From assembly GCF_006345805.1 (NCBI RefSeq), contig NC_043002.1, positions 84,072,001 to 84,136,000 of the forward strand: 64,000 nucleotides of DNA, written 5' to 3'. The position numbers and the translations under genes were made by a program. The notes below the pieces were generated by a model. The model was given only the letters and a program-made list of their open reading frames with translations. It did no database searches and was not told the DNA's origin. Below, one piece after another: positions 12,130 to 23,530 of the stretch (its first letter is position 1; each line of letters starts with the position of its first letter). This DNA comes from Octopus sinensis (taxonomy: Eukaryota).

Positions 12130-12177
<48 letters not shown>
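12040..12177. repeat. Compound microsatellite (TGG)n(GCA)n(GAT)n(GTA)n
   Basis: Direct reading; GTA tract 12130-12177. Confidence 0.95.
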
Positions 12178-12827
12178 TCTGATAATTTACAGAATTATCT
12201 GAGTTTAGTCAGAATTTAGTTTTTAAACCAAATTTAACTAGCAATAAATATGTTGGTGTTGACAACCTGTATAGAATTATTTGTGTGTAATTCAAATGTC
12301 TAATTTAAAAGTTAGTATACTGCTAATTAATATGATATTTTTTAATCACATATTGATTTATAAGCTTAATTCTTTTGATACACTCCAAGACCACCTCTGA
12401 TTTTGTGACATAAAACTGCCAATGTTTATGTGTTTATGCGTAAGTTAAAACCTTCAGCTGTAATTTTATGTAAGAACATTTCCTTAAGTTATGTGCCAGA
12501 TGCCAACTTGAAAACACTAACATGTGTATGCTACCCGTCAAGCTCACCTGTTTGTGATAAATCTCGTTTGATTTATAAGTGACATTGAGAGATACTAGAT
12601 AAATTATATTCATTAATCCTTTTGATACAAGCCTGTCTGTTCATATTTTTGCTAAAACCTTCCATCATAATTTTATGTGGGTATGTAAAATATCTTGGAG
12701 AGGCCAGATGTTATTATAGGCACAAGTGTGACTATCTAGTTAAGAAGTTTTCTTAGCAACCATGTAGGTTAAGGGTTCAATCCCACTGCACGATATCTAG
12801 GGTAATTGTCTTTTAGTCTTTTATCAT

Positions 12828-12888
<61 letters not shown>

Positions 12889-12944
12889 TATATATATACA
12901 TATATACACGCACACATACATATATATATGTGTGTGTATGCATA

Positions 12945-13339
12945 TCATCATCATCATCATCATCATTTAGCGTCCGCCTTCCATGCTAGCATGGGTTGGA
13001 CGGGTCAACTGGGGTCTGTGAAGCTGGAAGGCTTCGTCAGGCCCAGTCAGATCTGGCAGTGTTTCTACGGCTGGATGCCCTTCCTAACGCCAACCACTCC
13101 GCGAGTGTAGTGGGTGTTTTTTACGTGCCACCTGCACAGGTGCCAGACAGAGCTGGCAAATGGCCACGAACGGATGGTGCTTTTACGTGTCACCGGCACG
13201 GGGCCAGGCGATACTGGCAACGGACACGAATGGATGGTGCTTTTACGTGCCACCGACACAGGGCCAGACAGAGCTGGCAAACGGCCACGAACGGACGGTG
13301 CTTTTACGTGTCACCGGCACGGGGGCCAGCCAAGGCTGG
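12945..13339 (-). mobile_element. RTE-family 3' UTR fragment with about 4 array units
   Basis: Reverse complement of the family consensus with an (ATC)n tail. Confidence 0.85.
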
Positions 13340-13474
13340 TGTATATATATGTATATATATATATGTTATATTTTATGCATATATATGTGTGTATGTGTGT
13401 AGATGTGTGTGTATGTATGTATATGTGTGTGTGTGTATGTATGTATATCTATCTAGCTATCTATCTATAAATAA

Positions 13475-14800
13475 ATAAACAAATAATTGGAGTTCAACGC
13501 AGGTGTTATTCAAATCTTTTTACTTCCGACATATGTTTTGAAGAAAACATTGGTATTATTCCAGAAGGAATATAATATGACTAAAGCCAACTTTTTGGAT
13601 ATTACCCTTAACTTATATAATGATTCATATTTCCCATACTATAAATCCTCAACTAATTTAAAATATATTAGCTCTTTCAGTAATCACTCTAAGGCTATTA
13701 CAAAGAATTTAGTTAGGAATATTTCACTTAGACTTTCTGGATTATCTCTTCAGTTTCGTGAAGCTATAGAAAAGAATTTCCTAAGAAACCGAACCAGGAT
13801 AGGGTTTTCTAACACAAAAAATCTTTCACAAATCATCTCTTCACATAATAAGTTGTTAAATACATATTTACTTAATGAAAATAGTAATGTTGATTTTGTT
13901 AACACTAACCATTCTTTAAATAATAATAGCAGCGGTGTTAGTGTATCTGATGTTGATTCCAGTCACATTCGTTTCCTTAGCAGTAATTCTAAGACTAGAA
14001 ACTCTATTTATCAATGTAAAATTACTTCCAGATCTGACGTCTTTTTTTATATAAGTAATTCTTCATCTCAGTTGTCCAAAAGAATATCTAATCATTACTC
14101 TACATTTAGACATATCAATAAATGTAACAATACTAGGCTTAGTAAATGAATTTGTTATCTAAAAGATCATAATAAACAATTTGATTCGGGGTGGAATATT
14201 CTATCTATATCTTTTCTGTATGATAAAGGTAAATATTTTTGTCCACTTTGTAACATTAAAATGTATTTCATCCTGTTCTCAAAGAATCCTCTTGTAAACA
14301 CATTTATAGAACGTGTTTATCGTTGCAAACATTGACAAAAACATGTCTTAGTTCCTGTAAGTGATTTCTACTATTCTATAAAATTTGACCTTTGACTGTC
14401 TTCTTAGATTTCACTTCCACTAAACATGTCTACTCCCAAGCCTTTAAGCTTTATTCCTATTCACCTATTGCTCTATATCTCTCCACTATTAGTTTTCTGC
14501 TAATTTCTTTCTTCCTCCTCCTTCTCTTTCTATAAACTACCTTTGACGATATATCTACTAACGTTTTTTTTTAAATAAGAATTTGATAGTGTTTCTGTCA
14601 TCATATACGCAGTCTTCACATTCTGTTAAAATGTCTTATTTATGTGCTTGGTTTCTTTCTTTCCCTGATGAGAAGATTGCTTTGTTTTACACCATTTTTT
14701 TCCTTCTGGAATAATACCAATATTTTCTTCGAAACATATGTCGGAAGTAAAAAGATTTGAATAACACCTGTGTTTAACTCCATTTATCTATTTATCTATA
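13475..14800 (+). mobile_element. 5'-truncated Penelope-like element (RT thumb + GIY-YIG) with inverted partial pLTR
   Basis: FLDITLNL..Y.PY.K...YI...SNH (RT end); IYQCKIT..FYIS..RI.NH..FRH and C.LC, CKH (GIY-YIG) with in-frame stops; 13475-13570 is the inverted copy of 14700-14800. Confidence 0.85.
14660..14747 (+). ncRNA. Type I hammerhead ribozyme with intact core (Penelope pLTR)
   Basis: Stem I TTTCC/GGAAG; CTGATGA 14665-14671; stem II GAAGA/TCTTC with long insert; GAAA 14731-14734; palindromic ACATATGT stem III; GTC cleavage triplet 14740-14742. Confidence 0.8.
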
Positions 14801-15193
14801 TTATACAAAAACATTTCACCTAAACCTGGTGTTTCTACCTTTATAAGTATGCTGTTACATCCTTGGTACTTGTGTGAATTTTTGCTACCCTGGTAACTAT
14901 TTATTTATTTTTTCCATGTTATTTGTAAATATTAAAAAAATACACATACATTTATACACACACACACACACATGGGTCTGTAAGATTGTGTATAGAAGAA
15001 TATATTACTCAAAGGAATTTCAACTTTGATTTTCACATTGTTTTTACAATCTTATAATAACATAATGTAATATAATATAATATAGTATAATGAAATGATA
15101 ATATAATTTCATTATCGTATATTATCTTATATTATATTATTATATGATTGTAAACAAAATGTGAAAATCAGACAAAGTCGGAATTCCTTTGAG

Positions 15194-15228
<35 letters not shown>

Positions 15229-15229
15229 A

Positions 15230-15445
15230 CCTGGATCACCTGGATTAGCCAGCATTTGCTCCATTCCCCTCATGCTCTGGCCATTCTCCTCCGTGTTGTT
15301 CCAAACATTTTTTAAATCATCTTCCCACCTGATTGGAGGCCTTCTGAGTGTTCTTTTCTACTTGTGTGTGCACCACTTAACAACTGCATGGGTCCACCAA
15401 TTGTCTATGGACCTTGCGACATGACCAGCCCATTGTAGCTTTGTG
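15230..15445 (-). mobile_element. RTE LINE C-terminal fragment
   Basis: KLQWAGHVARSIDNWWT...RPPIRWEDD on the minus strand. Confidence 0.75.
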
Positions 15446-15874
15446 TGGTGTGTTTAGCAAGAATAATGATTTCAAATTTAGAGACAAGGCCAGCAATTTT
15501 TTTTAGGGGAGGAGGAAGTCAATTACATCAACCCCAGCACTCGGTACTTATTTCACCGAGTCCAAAAGGGTGAAAGGTGAAGTAAACCTTGGTAACATTT
15601 GAACTCTGAATGTCAAATCTGAAGAAATATCACTAAGCATTTTGTCCAATGTAGTAACGATTATGCCAGCTCTCTGCCTTATGTTTTATTATTTTTTTTT
15701 ATTATTCTTTTATACATTTCAGCCCTAAAGCTGTGGCCTTGCTGGAGCACCGTCGGTGGAAGCACTGCCAGTTTAGCATGAATATTAATATGAAACTGTT
15801 TAAATATAAGAATATTTCTTACTAAATACAACTCTTAATTCTCTTTGTGTATTTTTCTCTATTTTTATATGCAG

Positions 15875-16188
15875 GTTGGCCCAAAATTTATCTGCAAGTT
15901 TGGTGCCAGGATAACTTTGGTCGGAATCAGCACTATGGTTATGGATTCTGTCATGTACCTTCTTCTCCTGGGATGCATGTTATTGAGTGCCCAACATGGA
16001 GTCCAACAGGAACATTGTGGGAACAAATATCACAGTATTTTATTGGTGGCAGTGCCCAGCTCCGACGTCCTGATCTAGTTTATTGTGCTACAGATCGCTA
16101 CCGGCTACATACCATTGCTCGTGGAACAGTCACACTTCAACTTGGTGTCATATTACGAGGATTTGAAAAGTTTGGTGTAGAGTACTGA
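15875..16188 (+). CDS. B9D2: B9D2 coding exon 3 (GWPKIYLQVWCQDNFGR...GVILRGFEKFGVEY*)
   Basis: Polypyrimidine tract plus gcag| acceptor; stop TGA 16186-16188; 88+126+314=528 nt = 175 aa plus stop. Confidence 0.95.
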
Positions 16189-16689
16189 GATATATATATA
16201 TATATGTGTGTGTGTATAGGGAAGATTATCAGTTATCATATGTAAATAACTAATTTTAAAACTTAATTTTACTCTGCATGATACGCTAAAATTGTGTGTA
16301 GAGGCTACAAAAAGATTTTTTTTTGTGGCATATTAAGATGGTAAGATATAGGCTACTGGTATTGCAATTTTATATTGAATTCACATTAAGATCTAATTAT
16401 TTTGCTCTGTTATAACCTATGCCGCCTCATGTCATAATTATATTTAAGTTAATTATCTCAGTTTTTTACCACATCTAATTGAGATTACAATATATCATGA
16501 AGCTTTTCAAACAAATATAACTTGAAAATTTTTACGTAGCATTAGATAAAGAGGGACAATTTGACTGCTCAATACTCTCAATTTAAAAATATAACTTTTA
16601 AATTTAACCTCATTGTCATCATGTACCATATTCTGCCAGAGCCTCAGCAACTACTTTCTTCCACTGTGTGATCTGTCAGTAGTCAAGCC

Positions 16690-17500
16690 TCTGCTCCCTT
16701 GATGCTGTTCATCCAGGTTGTCCATTGTCTCTTTTGCGAGTAACTTCCTTCTGTCCTGCTTTCTAACATCATGTGTGCCACTGGTTCATCATTTCTTGAG
16801 ATGTGTCCAAAATGACAAAGTTTCTTTTGGATAAGGGTTTTCAGATTCATTCATTGTATCAGAGTTTTCTTGAGTGAAATTGTTTGATCTCTTCCGATAT
16901 ATGATTCTCTGAGGATCTATCTGTTTGTTTACATCACAAATGCTGTCAACCTCTTTTCATCAGCTGCTTTTAGGATCTATGCTTCACTGCCATATAGAGC
17001 TGCTGGCCATTCTTGAGACATATCTTGGCGTTAATATTCATAGATCTATCTTTCCAAATGTTTCAGAAATCGGTAGCACTTGTGCATGGCATTGCCAGCT
17101 TTTGCTTTATTTCCTTACTGCATTCATTTGTGTCATTTAGCTCTGTGCCAAGGTATGTGAAAGAAAACACCTGTTTAATTTCCATGTTTCCTATGGAGAC
17201 GTCAGTTTAAATTGCAGATTTATTTATTATCATGACTTTAGTCTCCTTAACGTTTGTCATTAATCCAAATTCAACTGAGAATTCTGCAACGTTTTTGAGT
17301 AGAACTTGCCAGTCTTTTTGTGATGGATAGCAGGGCTGTTTTATCTATATATCTCAGCTTACTGATAGTTTCCCCTCCTATTTTCATGACAATGTTGTCT
17401 GGGATTGCTATTTTCATGATCATTTCAGTGTACATTTAAAAAAAAGTGTGGAGAAAAACGATGCAGCCTTAGCAGACCCCTTTCCCATTTCAGAATGATT
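16690..17500 (-). mobile_element. Degraded RTE reverse-transcriptase fragment
   Basis: KIGGETISKLRYIDKTALL (LRYADD-like), EIKQKLAM..IWKDR, HFGHISR; frameshifted. Confidence 0.75.
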
Positions 17501-18529
17501 CAGTTTGACTTGATGTGGCTTTGAAAGCTTGAGGATTGCAAAGCATACAGTGCTTCTAGAAGAGCTACTAGGGTAATGCTACAATTTCTGTGTAGCATTG
17601 GATAAAACAAGACATGCTAGCAGCTCAAAACCTTAAATTAAATAAAGGAATGTTAGTTTGGTATAAAGTCTATTCTATTTTTCATATTCAGTAAACTCTG
17701 TTAAAGTAAATAATTAAAGTTAGCTTTAATTAAAGTAACTAACCATTAATGAAAACGTTTATAGATTCTCCTTATTACACATAATTATTTGTAGTATCAC
17801 TATAAATAACAATAGACAGATATTACATAATAAATTTCAAAAGTTAATAGCATTAGTAAGGTATTTTTACTGGCTAAGAGAAGAAATATTTGCATTTTGA
17901 CGCAAGATGGAGCTTGTACTGTTGCTTTGGAATTTAGAATTACAAAAGAACTAAACTATAATATTGATATCTAGGCTATAACTGGATTTAAACTTTCAGA
18001 ATCTGTTCTCTTCTCCTTAGTTAATTAGTTTAAGCCTCCCTGGTTGCCTATAAATGAATGCTATTTTCATTTCATCATTTGTTAAATCCGTCCAAATCAT
18101 GAAAATTTTTAATCAATTATCTACAGTTTCTAATGTGACTGAAAATTTTTTATTTATATAATGAAATCAATTTTATATTTTGAACAAAATAACAACCAAC
18201 TACGTTTCTTATTCAATAAACAGCTGTAGTGTTTATACATATTTGAGTTATTGTCTTTCTTTCGCTTTTTTCTCTCTGTGTTGTTTGGGTGTGTATGAAA
18301 ATATTTATGAAATTTTATCTACACAGCACAATGTATGTGTTGATTCAATGCCAGATGTTGCTGTTTTCCATGCAGGAAAAGCCTCCTTAAAGACATTTAG
18401 TGTTAAAAATCACACTATACTTCAGTGCTTGGCAGAAAGAAATCACCTCAGAAGTGATTGCTCTTGTGATTTCATTTTGCCCAGCTCTGAAGGAAATTGT
18501 GTTTTTTAATACTATACAACATCAAATTA

Positions 18530-19113
18530 AAAATCGAAAGGATATTGTAGTTGTGATACCCGTGCTGGTGGCATGTAGGGCCTCACAGAGGAAATGATAA
18601 AGACCGAGACCTCTGAGATATGCTGTGACTGTGAAGACCCGACATATGAAGTGAGTTCATGGCTCGCAGGATGGCCTGCTGTGCTAACCTTGGATCGTAG
18701 AGTGACACTTTATACTTGAGGAGACCTATTGAGTTATGTACATCAACACCAACATCAAAATAAAAATCAAATGGAAATTGAAGTTAAGATACCCGTGCCG
18801 GTGACACGTAAAAAGCACCGTCCGAATGTGGCAGATGCCAGCGCCGCCTGACTGGCGTCCGTGTCGGCGACACGTAAAAGCACTAACCGATTGTGGCCAT
18901 TTGCCGGCCTCCTCTGGCCCCTGTGCCGGTGGCACGTAAAGAGCACCCACTACACTCACAGAGTGGTTGGCATTAGGAAGGGCATCCAGTTGTAGAAACA
19001 CTGCCAGATCAAACTGGAGCCTGGTGCAGCCTCCTGGCTTCCCAGACCCCAGTCGAACTGTCCAACCCATGCTAGCATGGAAAACAGACGTTAAACGATG
19101 GTGATGATGATGA
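18530..19113 (+). mobile_element. RTE LINE 3' end with array and tail
   Basis: LGLTEEM..-like ORF end, distinct UTR variant, three array units, (GAT)n. Confidence 0.8.
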
Positions 19114-20004
19114 CATCTTTAAATGTATTTTTGGTGGGGCAAAAAGATAAAAGTAAAAACACAGCTTCTGGCATTTAAACAACACATATATTCAGTAAGT
19201 TGTATTGATAATGCTTTTACTATAGAGATGCTTCTATTGCATTTTTTGAATATTTATGAAATTATTGTTTTTGTTTCACCCCAGTTTGGCTCTTATTGAA
19301 CAGATTTAAGATTGATTTAAAATTTTGGCTCAAGGCTGGCAATTTTGTGGAGAGGGACTAAGTTGATTGCATCAACCCCAGTGTTCACATGGTATTTATA
19401 AAGATGAAAGTTGACCTCGGAATTTGAGCTCAAATTGTAAAGATGGATGAAATGCTGTTAAGCATTTTAGCCAGTGTGCTAATGATTCTACCAGCTTGCC
19501 ACCTTAATGAGTAGATCTGCGATTAAAACCATTCTAATTATGACCACTCTGTCTTTTTTTTCTGGAATATTGTACCATAGACTACAGAGACTACATTAAA
19601 CAATTCTTTTTTAAAGATAGGTGTGATTGGAAAAAAAGGTTTTATTGATATTTCTAGTAGGGCAAGTGTTCACATAGAGGCTCCATTATGTAGACCTGAA
19701 AATGGTTTTTAAATATTTCTAGAAAGACTTGAAATATCTTCCATTGTAAAGAGAATGGAATACAAAGTCATTCACACTAAGTAGCATGAGAAAAATTCCC
19801 CTTTCATTGTTGTTAGCAATGAGATAACATTGAAGTGCAAGCGATGGGAATGTCAAGTAACTGGTTGTCATTTTGTTGTTTGCAATTTGCTGCTGAAATC
19901 TTCACAAACAAACCAATATCTTGATTTAAATGACAATCATACAAATCTCTATCACTATAAACAATATCTTAAGATAGTAAAATTGTCATAAGTTGTTTGT
20001 GACT

Positions 20005-21020
20005 GCTGAGGACATGCGTAAGCTCACAAAGAATGAAGCCAGTATGGTCCAATGGATGTGTAATGTCAGTGTGCATACTCAATAGAGTGTAAGTACCTTG
20101 AGAGAAAAGTTGGACCTAAGAAGTATTAGGTGTTGTGTGCAAGAGAGATGACTGCGCTGGTATGGTCATGTGGCGAGAATGGTTGAAGATAGCTGTGTGT
20201 AAAAGTGCCACTCTAGCGGTTGAGGGAATCTGTGGAAGAGGAAGACCTGGGATGAAGTGAAGCACAACCTTCAAACATTAGGCCTTACCAAGGAAATGAC
20301 TAGCGACCGAGACTTTTGGAAATATGCTGTGCTTGAGAAGACCCGGCAAGTCAAATGAGACTATAACCTGTGGCTTATGCCAGGAGTGTAACCAGCCCGC
20401 TTATGCGTACCTTTTCCTTCTTTGGTCACTAAACTCTGCTTGCAATGACCTGTTGAGGCAAGTGAAATCAAAATCAAATTCGATGACAGGCATCCATGCT
20501 AGCGGGGTGCAAAGAGCACCATACGAGTGTGGTCGTTGACAGAGCGGCTAACCGGCTTCCATGCCAGTTGCACATAAAAGGGCACCATTCGAGTGTGATC
20601 GTTACCAGCGTCATCTTACTGACACACATGCCGTGCTAGTAGGGTGCCAAGAGCACCATCTGAGCGTGATCGTTGCCAGAGCAGCCAACTGGCTTTCATG
20701 CCGGTGACACATAAAAGGGCACCATTCGAGCGTGATTGTTACCAACGTCGCCTTACTGGCACCTGTGCTGGTGGCATGTGTAAAAAGATTTGAGCGAGGT
20801 CATTGCAGCACTGCCTGACTGGCCTCTGTGCCAGTGGCACGTAAAAAGCACCCACTACACTCTCGGAGTGGTTGGCGTTAGGAAGGGCATCCAGCTGTAG
20901 AAACTCTGCCAGATCAAGATTGGAGCCTGGTGCAGCCATCTAGTTTGCCAGCCTTCAGTCAAAATCGTCCAATCCTTGCTAGCATAGAAAGCGGACGTTA
21001 AACGATGATGATGATGATGA
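20005..21020 (+). mobile_element. RTE LINE 3' kilobase (ORF end, UTR, ABAB array, tail)
   Basis: NEASMVQWMC..LREKLDLRSIRCCVQERRLRWYGHVAR is contiguous with the array and conserved tail. Confidence 0.88.
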
Positions 21021-21030
21021 GGAGGAGGAT

Positions 21031-21298
21031 GAGGGTTTCTCAACCATTTTTATCTATGGACCTATTTGATTACTATTTTATTCTGGTGGATCCCCATAAC
21101 CATTTGATGCTTAAAAACTAGTTTTCACACATTAACTTTTGTAGGTTGGACTACCTGTTTCTTGCCATACATACCAATACATACATCTAAAACAAAATTT
21201 TTTCAGGGACCCATAAAATACTATTGTGGGCCACCAATTTATTATTTTGTTGCATGGACCCCCAAAATTCTTATATAGACCCTGGTTGAGAACCACTG
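21031..21298. mobile_element. hAT-like MITE
   Basis: Right TIR GGTTGAGAACCACTG; left TIR matches 12/15; CAGTGGTTCTCAAC termini are typical of hAT-Charlie MITEs. Confidence 0.6.
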
Positions 21299-21689
21299 AT
21301 CAAGACACAATGCTACACTCTTTGCATAGGTGCAGGCATAGCTGTGTGGTTTAGAAGTTCACATCACAACCATGATTTCAAGTTCAATCCCATTACATGT
21401 ACCTTGGACAAATGTATTCTATCATATATTATAATAACCCTTGTGAGTATGCCCTGGCACTTTGCCACCATCTCTCTCCTGCTCTCTGTTGCTGTCTTCC
21501 TCTCTCTCTCTCTCTCTTGCTCTTCCCTCTGGTTGGGTAACCATGTATCTCCTCTACAACAGCACACATGTTTCTGTCCTCATTCTTGATCACTCTCTCT
21601 GGCCAGGTAATCATGTACCTCCTCTATAGCAAGACACCTGTTCCTGTCTCTTTTAATTCTTTTATTGCGCACAAACAAGGACAGACAAA

Positions 21690-21862
21690 GAGATTAAGTC
21701 GATTACATTGACCCCAGTGCGTAACTGGTACTTAATTTATCGACCCCGAAAGGATGAAAGGCAAAGTTGACCTCGGCGGAATTTGAACTCAGAACATAAC
21801 AGCAGACGAAATACCACTAAGCACTTTATCCAGCATGCTAACGTTTCTGCCAGCTCACCACC
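21690..21862 (-). mobile_element. tRNA-derived Nin-domain-like SINE
   Basis: Minus strand: A-box, GAGTTCAAATTCC B-box, GGTCAACTTTGCCTTTCATCCTTTCGGGGTCGATAAA..GTACC. Other copies ~15465-15681, 19312-19506, 27830-28040, 28790-28992, 34795-35005, 35075-35262, 38188-38605 (two), 46908-47122, 55575-55760 (all -), 58825-58950 (+). Confidence 0.75.
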
Positions 21863-21974
21863 TTTTCTGTTTCTGTCTCTCTGCCATACTCTGACCTTTC
21901 ATCATCTGGCACAAGATCACCTCCTCCAAAGCTCCCTCTCAAAGGATCATTGTCTTGCAAGTTACTTGGTGATC

Positions 21975-22270
21975 CTGCCAATGTTAGTGCCATGTAAAGA
22001 GCATCCAGTCCACACAGTAAAGTGGTTGGTGCTTGGATGGGATTCCAGCTATAAAAAAAAATGCCAAAACTGACCTCCCCTGTGCTTGTGCCATGTAAAA
22101 AGCACTCAGTCCACTCTGCTGGGCGGTTGGTTTTAGGAAGGACATCCAGCTGTAAAAACCATGCCAAAACAGAAGTCTGGTGCAGTCTTCTGCATGGTCA
22201 ACTCCTGTCAAACTGTCCAACCCATGACAGCATGGAAAGCAAACATTAGATGTTGACAATAATGACAATG
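21975..22270 (+). mobile_element. Older short element sharing the RTE 3' tail
   Basis: GGTTGG..TTAGGAAG.ACATCCAGCT and CCATG-loop-CATGG; similar at 8095-8280(-), 11900-12030(+), 63170-63381(+). Confidence 0.65.
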
Positions 22271-23480
22271 TTGATATAAAAGCTGATTAGTGAAATTCGG
22301 TAAAGAAAAACTGTACAGAAGCGAGTTAGAAATGTGTGCATATGTGTTTATTATTTTTCAATTTTCTTTGTTTAAACATCTACTTTTCCATGCTTGCATG
22401 GGTTGGACGGAACTTATTGTGACTGATATTCTACAGCCAAATGCCCTTACTGTCACCATGCCAACATCTACCTATAAAGGTCGTATACTGTGACAAAATT
22501 AATGTAAATGATATCAGGTAATATAAGAAACAATTTAAGACAGTATAGAAGAACATCAAGACATAAATACATGGTTCAAGACTTGTTAGAGGGTCTGCTG
22601 TTCCACTCATTCTCAAATTGGTGCTTATAATGTGCCATATTATTTATAATAGACTAATATTTTTCCATGTTAGCATAGGTTAGACGACTACATATTACTG
22701 AGGTATTGTTTTACAGCCAGGTACACTTCTTGTTGCTAACTCTTATCTGGTTTACAAGTAAAGGAATTTTCATTCCATTCACCTTTGAAAGCACAGAGCT
22801 ACCAGACGATTTGTTGACCAGGGAATATCACAGTGGTATGTTGTATCCTTAAGCAAGTTGCTTTATTTCATGTTGCTCCAGTCTACTCAGCCAGTAAAAA
22901 TGAATTTTATCTGTTTTTCAAAGGGCCAGCCTTGTTATATTCTGTGTCATGCTTAATCTCTCTGAGATCTATGTTAAAGGTATGCATGTCTGTGGAGTGG
23001 TTAGCCATTTTCATGTTAATCTCATGTGCAAGCAGTTCCATTGATAGAGTAAACAGGGACCCTCATTGTCATAACTGGCAGACTGCCAGCGTTATTTAAC
23101 ATCATTACTGGAATAATTGTGAAGCTTAATTTTACAGTTAAAGGGTTAACGATCATGCTTTTGATTAAAAAAATAAAAACACATAAATGAAAAGAGAGAA
23201 CTCTGATCAACTTTAAAAGAACTGTTTTATTACAAATTGCTATTACATCATGGTAAAAACATTGTCTAAAAAAAAAAAAAAACTAAGACAAGAAGTGAGA
23301 AGAGAGAGAGAAACAGAGAATCAGATAAGCAGAGAGTATACATAAAGATACATAATAGTTATTTAAGAGGTTTTGGTTTTTTTCCTTCAAACATTTAGAT
23401 CAGTGAAACAGAAAATATTACAAAAACACAGACAGTTAATGATATATATATATAACAGACAGTTAATGATATATATGACA

Positions 23481-23530
<50 letters not shown>

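Noticed and set aside
14147-14339. In-frame TGA codons in the Penelope ORF as possible selenocysteine, next to a Sec lyase gene
   Set aside because: No SECIS seen, the GIY-YIG motif is degraded (YIS), and the second TGA fits CGA decay; ordinary pseudogenisation is simpler.
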